A stretch of 64,000 bases of DNA from Pecten maximus. Taxonomy: Eukaryota. How positions within the stretch are numbered: position 1 is the stretch's first letter; each line of letters begins with the position of its first letter. Shown here in pieces: positions 13,196 to 24,872 of the stretch. The notes beneath the pieces are model-generated. The model worked only from the letters and a program-made list of their open reading frames with translations, made no database searches and was not told the DNA's origin. The stretch is from assembly GCF_902652985.1 (NCBI RefSeq), contig NC_047018.1, positions 13,454,001 through 13,518,000 of the forward strand, given 5' to 3'. A program made the translations under genes and the position numbers.

Positions 13196-13656
13196 ACTTA
13201 CCTGTCGAGTGCGTGCAACATATCGATGCGTCGTGTAAAATAAATATTTACTTGAATGCTGACATAATATTGTTATTATTTCTGTACACAGACGATATCA
13301 TTTGTATTTCCGTATTTTACATATTATCTAGAGACCTACCCATCAGACAGGACAAAGCCATTGCTTTCACAAACGTTTGTCACCAGGTAGAGCATGCTCA
13401 GTTTATAGCAATGTAGGATGGCAGCATATTCTGTTTACATAAATCACTTGTCTATGAAGGGTGGGGTTTAAAAAGCCATGCACTTCCATTTTCAATTAAT
13501 CCTGACGGAAAAAATATCAGACATCAGATCTATACATATATTAATTATTGATGGGATTGTTTTAATGATGACGAGGGATTCCGTATATAAGCGGCCAATA
13601 TTATATTAGTTGTCTCATCGACTGAGTTACTAGCGGTGTAGCTAGTGAGCGTAAGT
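13196..13656. promoter_or_regulatory. Candidate bidirectional promoter and non-coding first exons of GPCR-A and GPCR-B
   Basis: Both ATGs lie 6 nt after splice acceptors, implying upstream exons. Minus strand: TATAAA at 13402-13407 and CAG|GTAAGT donor at 13202/13201. Plus strand: TATATAA at 13584-13590 and GTAAGT donor at 13651. Motif evidence only. Confidence 0.4.
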
Positions 13657-13969
13657 TGTAGATGGTGGCTGATCTCTTTACCATATAGTTCTTTGTTGTT
13701 AATAAGAACATGTTTCGTAGACTTTGAACAGTATTGTCAAATGTTTATTCGACACCAATACTGGCTGTTTAACTTCGTGACAATGCCTAATTATGATTGT
13801 TAACATAATTCTCTTTTCGCATTCCTTTCTAGTATTTGATCATACAGTGTCACTATATATTGTATATAATTTTTTAATAATATTTTTATCTAGCCTCAAA
13901 ATATACATGATTTAGCACAATTTTTCATTGAGTTTATGTTGATGGCGTGATTTATATTTTCAGAACAAA

Positions 13970-15019
13970 ATGGCAGCAACTGTAAAGATGTTGGTGTTTA
14001 TTTCATTATTGGTCCAACCTGACAGTATACCATGTGCCCTCTCTAATGACACCACGCAATGGGCATTCAACATGACAGAACACATACAAAATAAAACCCA
14101 TCAGATGTTGATCATGGATCAGCTGTTATACTGTACCTCCCAGCGTCTGTGTAGTATAGGAAATGTAAAGGAAAATATAAGCACTCTAAGTTGCTGCGTA
14201 CCCTGCTCCTGTGAGGATACATGTGTGATAACAGGAAGTTGTTGTATAGACAAAGCACTAGCACAGGACAGTTTAGATGTTCTGTATCAAAAAGGAAGTT
14301 CTTGTGTTTTATCACAACTTAAACCTTTCGAAGAAAACGGACTGAACACAATGGATCTTTACCTGATGATAGGCGATTGTCAGAAAACGTTTGTGGATGA
14401 GAACATCGTCAGAAAGTGCCGAAGTGGAAACGTTACGCCGACAAATGTGACAAACTACCTGCCTGTTTCCTCTGTAAAAACGAACGAGACTTATCGTAAT
14501 AGGTACTGTGGATACTGTAACTGGGAACATGACAAGGACTTGATCAATTGGAAAACAAGTTTTAGCTGTCGGGGAAGTCAGTTTGTGTTTCCACATCAAG
14601 CCAGAGAGCTGTTAAGTTTCATTATTAACGAAGATGGCTGCAATTTATTTTACCACCCTCCAGATGTTCCCGTTCCATTTCCCTGTGAAGATGAAACCTA
14701 TATGTATACAGAGTGTAACGTCACCGGTCTCTGGACAGAATATAACCGTGACATAGACTGGGCGTGTAGACACTATCGAAATACCTATGAATATGATTTT
14801 ACATTTTACAAGAACGCCTTTTGCTATATTTGTAATACGTATGCCTTACCACCACCAATTTGTATTGTCACACCTAGTCAGCCGCCTTCGACAATCTTGA
14901 ATCCCATTTATATAACATCGTTTGCAGCATTGTTCAATTTCATCGATGACACTCCGAAAGTGCAATCCTCGGAAACAGTTCATCTATGTCCGAAAGATCA
15001 TAAATTTGACACGTATAAG
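13970..15019 (+). CDS. GPCR-B coding exon 1: signal peptide and Cys-rich (somatomedin-B-like) ectodomain
   Basis: Acceptor ttttcag|aacaaaATG. Near-identical to GPCR-A exon 1. Donor aag|gtaagg after 15019. 1050 nt, phase 0. Confidence 0.92.
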
Positions 15020-15069
15020 GTAAGGACGTTAGTGCTCTTATCAACAGAACTTTACAACAAATCTTATTC

Positions 15070-15330
15070 ATGGGTGATACTGATAAATTTTGTCAGAGGA
15101 ACACATTGTTTTCTGGGGTTATAATGGTAGATTTTGTCAGAGGAACACCTTGTTTTCTGAGGTGATAATGATAGATTTTGTCGCAGGAACAAATGACATT
15201 CTTGGGTGATATGATGATAGGTTTTGTTGTAAAAGCAAATGTCTTTTTGAGGTGATAATGATAGGTTTTGTCTGATAAACAAATATCTTTCTGGAGTCAT
15301 AATGATAGATTTTGTCTGAGGGACAAATGT
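15070..15330. repeat. Degenerate ~44-bp tandem repeat in the GPCR-B intron
   Basis: Recurring gataatgatagattttgtc...ggaaca units, about 6 copies. Confidence 0.75.
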
Positions 15331-15926
15331 AAATTGTATATTGAATTATTACCTGTACTATACGAATAGACGTTCCTTTTCAACCAGTATTACATTTTAT
15401 ATATGTCACGTTCACCAGACAACTGACAATTGACGTGCATACAGTGCTCACTTGTATCAGTTGGGGAGATAAAGGCCAATTACATCCAATACCTGTAATA
15501 TGAACAACTTCAATTTAGCGTATTGCGGGTACAATCCACTAGGCTATTATATAATGATTATCCTTGACAAGAGAATATCTAAACGGTCAATTTACAAATA
15601 ACTCGTCACTCCCGTCTACTTCTGTTGATTTTGTCAAGGTTTATTTGTAATACACTGCACTTATATTTCAACACTGAATGATATATATAATTAATAGGGC
15701 TAACGTCTAATCCAATTCTCTGTCAATAAAAAATAACATATTTCCTCACACACGTGGTGTAAAAACCGCACGGGTCATTTATATTCCGGGTGTTCACACT
15801 TTTCAATTGAATACGTAAATTATTATAACTAGAAACAGATTAATGCGTACCTATTTCATATATTGTTTATAGAAGCTGATATGTGTGCACTTCTGTACTA
15901 AAGACTATTTTTTAATTATATTACAG

Positions 15927-17699
15927 AATATTTGCCGCGAGATCACCTGCTCACCACCGTTTAGATACAGCAATGGAGTGTGTGAGAATGCCTTCAGCAA
16001 TGTAGCTTCGCAGAGATACGAGATGTTCCTTAGATTCAATACATTGCCATCCTACCATACGAATTGTGACCTGTGTCTTCGCCTTTCACCTCGTCTGATC
16101 CAGGAATATGTGAAAACGCACTTGATACTTATTGGTTATTATAAACATGTCTGTGGTTTAACTGTCCTGTTTCCTAGTAACAACTGTTCTAGTGAAACAA
16201 TAGTCAATACAAGCTATCTAGTCATTCACCTGGAATTCTTTATACAAAATTTCCATGATCCCATTGATGTTGCCAGGCGTTTCCTTAACCCATCTGTATT
16301 TCTGCCTGAATCACTTGAAGGAGTTACTGTTTGTATTGACTTAAAACCAAAAGTACTTGGCGGTAAATTTTATGACTTTGAATATGGTTTCAGCGAATAT
16401 GATTACGTTTATCCACTAGACAGACAATACAGAGATCCTTCAAATGGAGATAAAATGAATATTGAAACTTATGATGAAATTAGCTATTGTCCTTTCAAAC
16501 CGTGGGTATCACGGTTGGTACCAGCCTTTTTATGTCCACATGTGAACATATCTCTGAATGAATATAATGTAACACGTCACTCTAACAAGGTGTGTTTTGA
16601 TATGCATAACTCCTGTTTTCAGCCAGAGGAATGCATCTTCTCTGACGATATGTCATCTGTCTTGATTTGTGCTGATACATTTTTTGCGTCTTATTTGCCA
16701 AATAACATTGTTCCACGTGAAGAAGATTTAGGTAAAGTATTAGTGTCTCTCGTGTGCTCAAGTTTGTCAGTTATATGTCTCATCGTTACTATGGTAACGT
16801 ATATTCTATTTCCAGTTTTAAGGACACTTCCTGGCCTTTTCACAATGGCTTTGTGCGCAACACTGACTGTCGCTCATGTACTGTTTACCTTTGGAGCCGG
16901 TGCTGTCAAGATCGGTTTCTTGTGTGAAGTATTTGGAATTACAATCCATTTGACAATGTTAACAAGTGTATTTCTTATGAACGTATGCTCAGTACATATG
17001 TTCCGCGTATTCAATCATTTAGACAGGCAATATGTTTTGACTGCGGAAGAAAAAAGACGCCATTTTGTGATATCTCTTGTTTATAGTTACGGCGGCAGCG
17101 CATTATTCGTCCTGGGTCGAAGTGTGTACAGCGTCGTAACTAACGGAAGGTCTGGTTACGGAATCCGGATATGTTTTATAAACGACACGAATGCTCTATT
17201 GTATAGTTTCACACTACCGGTTATGGTACTCGTTGTAGCAAATATTGTAATGTTCTGTATTGTAATAGTTAAAGTCAGCCAGCTTCCGGATATGTCCAGG
17301 TCCTCAACCTGTCGCCATCACTCAAAGCGATTTTTGATTTATGTAAAGCTTTCAACTCTGACAGGAGTGGCCTGGCTGTTTGGTTTTATTGCTGAAATTT
17401 CCAATCAGGATGTTTTTGTATATCTTTTTATCGTTTTGCTCGCTGGACAAGGCGTGTTCATCATGCTTTCGTTTGTATGCAATAAGAGGGTTTATGAACT
17501 CTATATTGCATACAAGAAAAGGGGCATTAACCAAACGATTTCGAGAGGTCATACAATGCTAGACACTTCTTTATCCAACAGCTCTGTTTCTCAGTTAAGA
17601 AAACCTCATACCAGAGAACCAACGATATCGACTGAGATTGACACACACTGCCATTCTGTGCGAGATAACATCCCTCTCGAATTCAGCACGAATCTCTGA
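15927..17699 (+). CDS. GPCR-B coding exon 2: ectodomain, class-B-type 7TM and C-tail
   Basis: Acceptor ttacag|aat at 15927. Same 7TM motifs as GPCR-A. Stop TGA at 17697-17699. Confidence 0.93.
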   Translation, partial: NICREITCSPPFRYSNGVCENAFSNVASQRYEMFLRFNTLPSYHTNCDLCLRLSPRLIQEYVKTHLILIGYYKHVCGLTVLFPSNNCSSETIVNTSYLVIHLEFFIQNFHDPIDVARRFLNPSVFLPESLEGVTVCIDLKPKVLGGKFYDFEYGFSEYDYVYPLDRQYRDPSNGDKMNIETYDEISYCPFKPWVSRLVPAFLCPHVNISLNEYNVTRHSNKVCFDMHNSCFQPEECIFSDDMSSVLICADTFFASYLPNNIVPREEDLGKVLVSLVCSSLSVICLIVTMVTYILFPVLRTLPGLFTMALCATLTVAHVLFTFGAGAVKIGFLCEVFGITIHLTMLTSVFLMNVCSVHMFRVFNHLDRQYVLTAEEKRRHFVISLVYSYGGSALFVLGRSVYSVVTNGRSGYGIRICFINDTNALLYSFTLPVMVLVVANIVMFCIVIVKVSQLPDMSRSSTCRHHSKRFLIYVKLSTLTGVAWLFGFIAEISNQDVFVYLFIVLLAGQGVFIMLSFVCNKRVYELYIAYKKRGINQTISRGHTMLDTSLSNSSVSQLRKPHTREPTISTEIDTHCHSVRDNIPLEFSTNL

Positions 17700-18114
17700 C
17701 GACGTTAAGCGTTATTTTGGTACATTTTAAATGTGTGCTATCGCCTTGACGGCACCGGTAACTTAATTATGACGACACCTTTAGTAAAAATATCATTAGT
17801 TAACCAACAAAAGTTGTAACACACCCTGTGACCTTGAATATGATTCAAGGTCTTTTCTTCGCAGACTTTTTCAAGCCTGTCTTAGGAACCTGCCAGTCAA
17901 ATGCCATGACTATCCATCGTATCCATGGTTTCTTTGTTTTTATCGCCAGGGTCATTTTGAGGAGGGGGGTCTGATTGTAATAGTTGGTGATTACTTCACA
18001 GAATAACATACTGGATGCAATTAGGGCAATTAAGGTAGATTGTTTTACCCAAGGACATAACAACGCCATAACCTACTAAGCAATCTTTGCTTAAAAAACC
18101 TATCGGCCAAATAT

Positions 18115-18185
18115 AATGACGGACGACAGACAATCGACGACAGACAACCGACAACAGACAACCGACGACAGACGAACGGACGTGT
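18115..18185. repeat. Imperfect gacg/gaca microsatellite, probably the end of a decayed non-autonomous element
   Basis: gacggacgacagacaatcgacgacagacaaccgac. A similar tract ends the element at 36015-36050. Confidence 0.55.
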
Positions 18186-18820
18186 GTATGAAAGTATTTG
18201 GTTTGTAGTCACGTGATTGTTTCTTGATCTTGACCAGTGACAAACGGAAAGTTGACCTACCACCGACTTTACCCAACACCCCTTCGACCCGCGCCCTTTC
18301 AATTCGCCCGAAATCTCGCCACTAGTCACTCCTGACTGAAACTAGCAACGATTCGGTTGTTTATATACCTCTGGTAACTTTTACTACCAAGGTCATATAT
18401 ACGGAGTTGATGGGGATACTGCCCGCATGGACGATGGTCCGCTCAGGAAGGTAGGTAAGTGTATACATGTATGTTTTAGTTTAGTCCGTTCTATTTTTGC
18501 GTGTGACAATTGTGTTTAACGTGTATTTCTGTGTAACTCCAAAATAAAGAAATTGAAGATAATGGAAGAATTGTCGTTATTTACACCCCGACTTTAACGA
18601 TATTTTTTTCTGATTTTCAAATGTTGTTAATACTGTAGTATTTTCAAATGGAATCATACTTAACATAATATCAACAGATTTTCGTATAAGAAAGTGTATA
18701 AAGTATTCCTTTCGAAATAAAATTGATATTAAAATCCATTTAGTCTTTTTATATTAAACCTATATTTAAGTTACATCAGCTGGGGCTAAACTCAGTGGCA
18801 TAACGGTCTCAACCATCCCT

Positions 18821-19952
18821 GAGTGACAAAAACACAAAGAGTGACACCTTGGTCATTATAAACCCTAGGGTAACAAATACATAACGAGTGACACCTTGGT
18901 CATTATAAACCCTAGGGTGACAAAAACATAACGAGTGACACCTTGGTCATTATAAACCCTAGGGTAACAAAAACATAACGAGTTACACCTTGGTCATTAT
19001 AAACCCTAGGGTGACAAAAACATAACGAGTTACACCTTGGTCATTATCAACACAACGGTGACAAAAACATAACGAGTTACACCTTGGTCATTATAAACCC
19101 TAGGGTGACAAATACATAACGAGTGACACCTTGGTCATTATAAACCCTAGGGTGACAAAAACATAACGAGTTAAACCTTGGTCATTATAAACCCTAGGGT
19201 GACAAAAACATAACGAGTTACACCTTGGTCATTATAAACCCTAGGGTAACAAAAACATAACCAGTTACACCTTGGTCATTATAAACCCTAGGGTGACAAA
19301 AACATAACGAGTTAAACCTTGGTCATTATAAACCCTAGGGTAACAAAAACATAACCAGTTACACCTTGGTCATTATAAACCCTAGGGTGACAAAAACATA
19401 ACGAGTTAAACCTTGGTCATTATAAACCCTAGGGTAACAAAAACATAACGAGTTACACCTTGGTCATTATAAACCCTAGGGTGACAAAAACATTACGAGT
19501 TAAACCTTGGTCATTATAAACCCAAGGGTAACAAAAACACAACGAGTGACACCTTGGTCATTATAAACCCAAGGGTGATAAATACATAACCAGTGACACC
19601 TTGGTCATTATAAACCCAAGGGTGACAAATACACAACCAGTGACACCTTGGTCATTATAAACCCAAGGGTGACAAATACACAACGAGTGACACCTTGGTC
19701 ATTATAAACCCAAGGGTGACAAATACATAACGAGTGACACCTTGGTCATTATAAACCCAAGGTGACAAATACATAACGAGTGACACCTTGGTCATTATAA
19801 ACCCAAGGGTGACAAATACACAACGAGTGACACCTTGGTCATTATAAACCCAAGGGTGACAAATACACAACGAGTGACACCTTAGTCATTACAAACCCAA
19901 GGATATATATATCGAGTGACACCATGGTCATTATAAACCCTAGGGTGACAAA
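18821..19952. repeat. 47-bp minisatellite (gagtgacaccttggtcattataaaccctagggtgacaaaaacataac), about 24 copies
   Basis: Period of 47 (gtgac at 18841 and 18888). Confidence 0.96.
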
Positions 19953-22900
19953 CCTTTAACAAATGACATTATTTTCACCACAAATCCAAGGGTGTGTCTA
20001 CACCAAATAACACAGGGCTGAGTGGACAATTAATATTCTATTCTATATTAAATATTTATGCAATAATAATTGAAACCCGTACCCGACCACGGATGCCATT
20101 AACGTAATGGATTATATAGATACGGGTATATTAATCATCGTTGTGTGTCATATCAAGAACAGTCAGATATTGCTATAAAATCTCGAAACTATTAGCGGGT
20201 CAATAAGCTTTCAGTCGCACGATAATGAATAAAATATTAAATATGGATTGAGTTGTGTCAGTCAGCTTTGTAATGTATTATAATAAATCTGTATATTTCC
20301 AAATCAACTGACTAAGGATGGTCTGATGTTCGAGCACTATAACCTTATAAACGGAGTGATTAATTTGAGTGGAGACAAATTGTATTGGAACGAGCAACTC
20401 ACTACTACACTGACATCAGGTTTACAATGTTAAGCTCATGTTTCTATAATCTTTAATTTCAATTTTATGATAACTGTAAAACCAATAACAATCGCACAGA
20501 GTTTCTGATTACAACGTTGGTAGTAATTACAACATGTACTACTTCACACGTTACGGGTACATTACCACTTCTGTTTTCATTCCGAAATTTTATAATGAAA
20601 TGAAATACAAAATAAAAATCATGATTCAGCGAAATTGAAACAATCAAGTAACGTCATCGATAATGTCAAACATTGTAAAGTACAACTGAAGGCCCCATGG
20701 TTTTTGTTCACAAATACAACTTACAACAGTAATTACAGGGTGAAAATTATTAATCACTGTGTAATCAAGAAAGAGATATCTCAATCATTGGGATAAGAGC
20801 ATTTTGTCTATGATACACGGGTGAAATATTCTTATAGAGTGGGGTTTTCCCCAAAAGAAGAGTAAGGAGATGAATGGAAAGATTTGTACAAGTTTCCGGA
20901 AGGCTCACATTTAGTCTATTGAACCAGGACAGTACACACCGACCTGATGTATATACTCTTGCATTTATTACTATACCAAATGAAACAGCGTATGCCACAT
21001 ACCTAATTGTAAAACGGAAATGTCCAAACTATTTTATCTGATGTTCCCTGAAGGCACGAAGGGAGGACATGGGTATAAATGATAAATGAATATCAGTTCA
21101 TTGCTCCTTTTAGCAATTCGGCTTACTGTCCTTCCTTCATACTTTGACCTTAAAAGCGCTCCAGCTGCAGCCTTGATATAATCACCACTCTCATGGCAGT
21201 GTTATGGTACATATATTTGAATACGTTATAAGCCTGTCTGTATATCATCCGGGTAGAGGAAATGTATGGCATTGAAGTTTGTTTTACTTTTTTTGATCAC
21301 TTTGTAATAAAAAAAAGAAAGAAAATTAATGTAAACACCTATGCAAACATGCTTTGATCATTGTAAATGCATAAACAATAAAAGTATAATAAAAATAGAT
21401 TTCACTGCATACATAAAATTGAACGACCAATCATTCAAGCTGAACTCTCATAAGGGTTAAATTTCTACCAGTAGGAAATAATGTATGGTGGAGTACTGTT
21501 GAAGTAACAAGGCTTTGATCACAAATGAACGCATAGGTGTTTCGATCGTGCACCATAGGTGAGAATCGTAGAGACAAGAGATGCAGAAAACGTAGAAGGC
21601 GATTCGTCAGGTGGGAAGAACGGCGTGTGGCATGTGCCGTTCTCCTGCACGTGCGCAAAGCTCAGTCAAAGTGCAACGCATTATGCATTGTCGTGCGATC
21701 CACTACTGGAAAAATCATTCGCACGATTGATCATCGTGTGATTCATTCTGGCGATCTGAAACTGATTGCATGATCAATCGCGGTCTCTGCCAGTCAGTCG
21801 TAAGATCAGTCGTAGCCTTTCGCAATTGATCGTAGCTATTTCCAACAGGTCGCAGCTTATCGAGTGATTGATAATTCGATCATTCGATCATATATATTGC
21901 CACGTGTACAAACGTGTAACCATGCCGCCGTCATTTTGTCGGCATTGCCATTGAGAAGTCGCAAAGGGCTTGCAATCAGTTGATGAATGTTGTGAATGGC
22001 GCTACCACCAAATATCAGTATAATATCAGTATAATATAGTATAATATCAGTATAATATAAATGAAGTATGCTATAAATGTTCCTAATTCCACGCGTATAA
22101 TATGACGTTATTAACCGCATGGATATCGTCAGACCTCTATGTACAAGTTTTGAAAAGAGCTACATCCTTTTTACCACCAAACATAGATATGGCGTGTTCT
22201 AAAATGTCGATTAGTAGACATATGACAAAATTACCGATCATTTTTGCCTCAAGAAACAACAAATTGTTTTATGTTGACGATAAAGAAAATAAGTATATCG
22301 GCATTTCCTATAAATAACACAAAAGCACTGAATGCATATTTGCTATAATGTTGGGTTTAATATATTAAATATATCTATATAAAAAAAAACGCACCTCAAG
22401 AGATACGAATCAACTCGTGATTCAACATTGAGATTCCGGAAGGAATTTGATGCCGTTCGTTTGCTAATCATGTTTGCCTCTTAACTGTCGATCTTGTAAA
22501 ATGTAAAATTAGATTCCACTTTCATTTTTTTTTTGTCTAGCACATGTATTTTTAACCACTTCTCGTTCTAAGTATTTTGGTTACATAATGAAGATTCTGG
22601 TAACGAACGACAAGAAGAAGCAAAAAAAGTGACTAGGGAGTAAGGCGAGGAAGTACCGGTATAATGATATATCATCTATATAGTGGAGTTAAGGCACCAA
22701 AGGGCTCCCATAACTTCATTGTTAATGTATGAACGCATTACCATGTATTAATCATAATATTGCTTTGATAATATTTTAGTTTCAACTCTCACCAAGGACA
22801 TCATATACGTGATCATATAGCTAGAGTCACCTTATATAGATACATGTACAACGGCGTGTAAAAATATCTGAATCATGTTTGCTGTCCATACTGCTGAATG

Positions 22901-23559
22901 AAGGTAATTATGAAATATTAATTATGGCTTATATTGTATGCATTTGGTATTTATGATATGAGTCTTATTATGGCAGGAGTTATCGTTCTTTGTGTAAGGT
23001 AGATTGAATGAAACTGCGTGTTAAATAAATGAAAATAAATGGTACTTGTTCAACATGATAAAAACCCAAGAACTCAAGAAGTTAATATTTATGGATGTCG
23101 AATGGTGCCAAAGGAAATCTGAAGAATACAATGTACTTGAAATTGCACGTTGTTTGAATATATATTTTAGAACCTAGCTTATTCTAGAAAGATGGAACTT
23201 GAATCTTGGTTTCCAATTTTTTAGATGCCAAAATCGGTTTTTCTCATGGATTCCTAAAACATTATTAAGCAAACCAATGTGACTAATGCATTTTAGTATC
23301 TCACGTTTGGTTTACCTAGATGATAGTATTCGTGCAGTTTTCCTTTCAATAACTACAATTATATACCTTTATAAATGCTAACATGAACAATGGTCTGTTT
23401 TAAATTAGATAGTCAACCAGAAAAGGGACAACACCTATCATTATCTACACCACAATAATATGGTTCCCATTGATGGACCTTGACGTTGGGCTTCGACATG
23501 CTCCTTAAGATTCGTGTAAAACCTTGATATCGTTTCTGTTCAGATTTACCAGAGGTACC

Positions 23560-24564
23560 ATGTCTACTACCACGACAAGTGTGGCTTTTATAATCCTTGG
23601 GGCAACAATTCTTTTACCGACGTCTGTAAACACAACAAACGACTTTCTACAGTACAGCAACAGTGGCCGTTTACCGGACATAGCTCAGTTGTTTGGAGAC
23701 TATTGTCCGGGCATTAGTCTCTGTACAACTAACCAATCAGGAAGCCCAGCTAATGTTAGATGGTGTTGTAATACCTGCAGCTGTTCTCTTAAATGCTTCC
23801 AAGAAGGAAACTGTTGTCCAGATGTACTTCAATATACAAAGGGGACTTTGAAAGAGACCTGTGTTCGACCGCAGTATCTGGCATACGGTGTCACAAATTC
23901 AAGTGCGAGGACGTCTTACTTTTTTATCCATACATGTTTACCAGAGTTCAAAAATAAAAACATTGCTGAAAACTGTGAAATCATTCCCCGAAATCCGAGA
24001 AATTTAGAAGACTTCCTTTCTACCCTGCCCGTCTCGAGGGTGAACTCGAGTCTGTCATATCGAAATATTCACTGTGCTCTGTGTAACGGAGAATCTCGGG
24101 AGGATTTGGTTCCGTGGACGATTGAGTTAGTGTGCGATTCCCGAAACGACGTATTAACCACTTCCTTTGATGAACTGTTGTATGTTTTAAATCGAGACAA
24201 GAAATGTAACCTGTTGTACCGTGCGCCCATTGACATAGGAGTCAGGACTCGTTATTGTAACTGGGGATACATCACAAGTTGTAATCAGACTGGGAATATG
24301 GAGAGCTATGATGAAACCCTAGTCGACATGTGTGGTGCTTTTACTTCGATATATGCAAGCAGGTATCGAAATGTGTTCTGTTATCTGTGTAATAAGAACG
24401 TACAAGGAGGAAACGATTGTCCAGAATACGAACCAATAACTGGCGGCTTTGATATCATGTCGTTCACAGCCATTTTGGATTTTAGGATACTAAGTTCTAC
24501 AGTCCCTTCCCCACCACATGACACCGAGAAGTGTTCATCAAATCAGCAGTACGACAGATACAAG
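23560..24564 (+). CDS. GPCR-C coding exon 1: signal peptide and Cys-rich ectodomain
   Basis: ATG at 23560 after acceptor ctgttcag. CCNTCSCSLKCFQEGNCC, YRNIHCALCN and YRNVFCYLCN motifs. Donor aag|gtatgt after 24564, at the same DxYK position as in A and B. Confidence 0.9.
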
Positions 24565-24872
24565 GTATGTATTGATCGCAGGAAAGCATTTAAGTCTGAG
24601 GAAAAGTCACCCTCTTCAAAATTGTGAATATTAGATTATATACAAGTAAACACATGCGATATGTCTAGCATCACTATCTAGACCTAATGTCTCAAAGTTC
24701 CAAATTACAATATCTGGTCAGCAATAGTTACTACTCTACCCAGAAAGTGACATGTGTTTGTCATTTCCGAGTTTGTGTGTGATTTTTGTTTTCCCAATGT
24801 AAGGTGGCCTTGTATAGAACGCACTAAAATGCACTCTATAATACTAATTATGTCAGATGTTGTTCTTTTCAG

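Noticed and set aside
6819-17699. GPCR-A/B as an assembly haplotype duplication
   Set aside because: Introns and flanks look unrelated and there are strongly diverged in-frame coding islands.
18290-18465. Possible non-coding first exon of GPCR-C (donor-like gtaggtaagt near 18452)
   Set aside because: Only a motif, 5 kb from the acceptor, and not supportable without transcripts.
21430-22000. Short overlapping ORFs in a cgatc-rich tract
   Set aside because: No recognisable protein motif. Probably a decayed transposon piece, but termini could not be defined.
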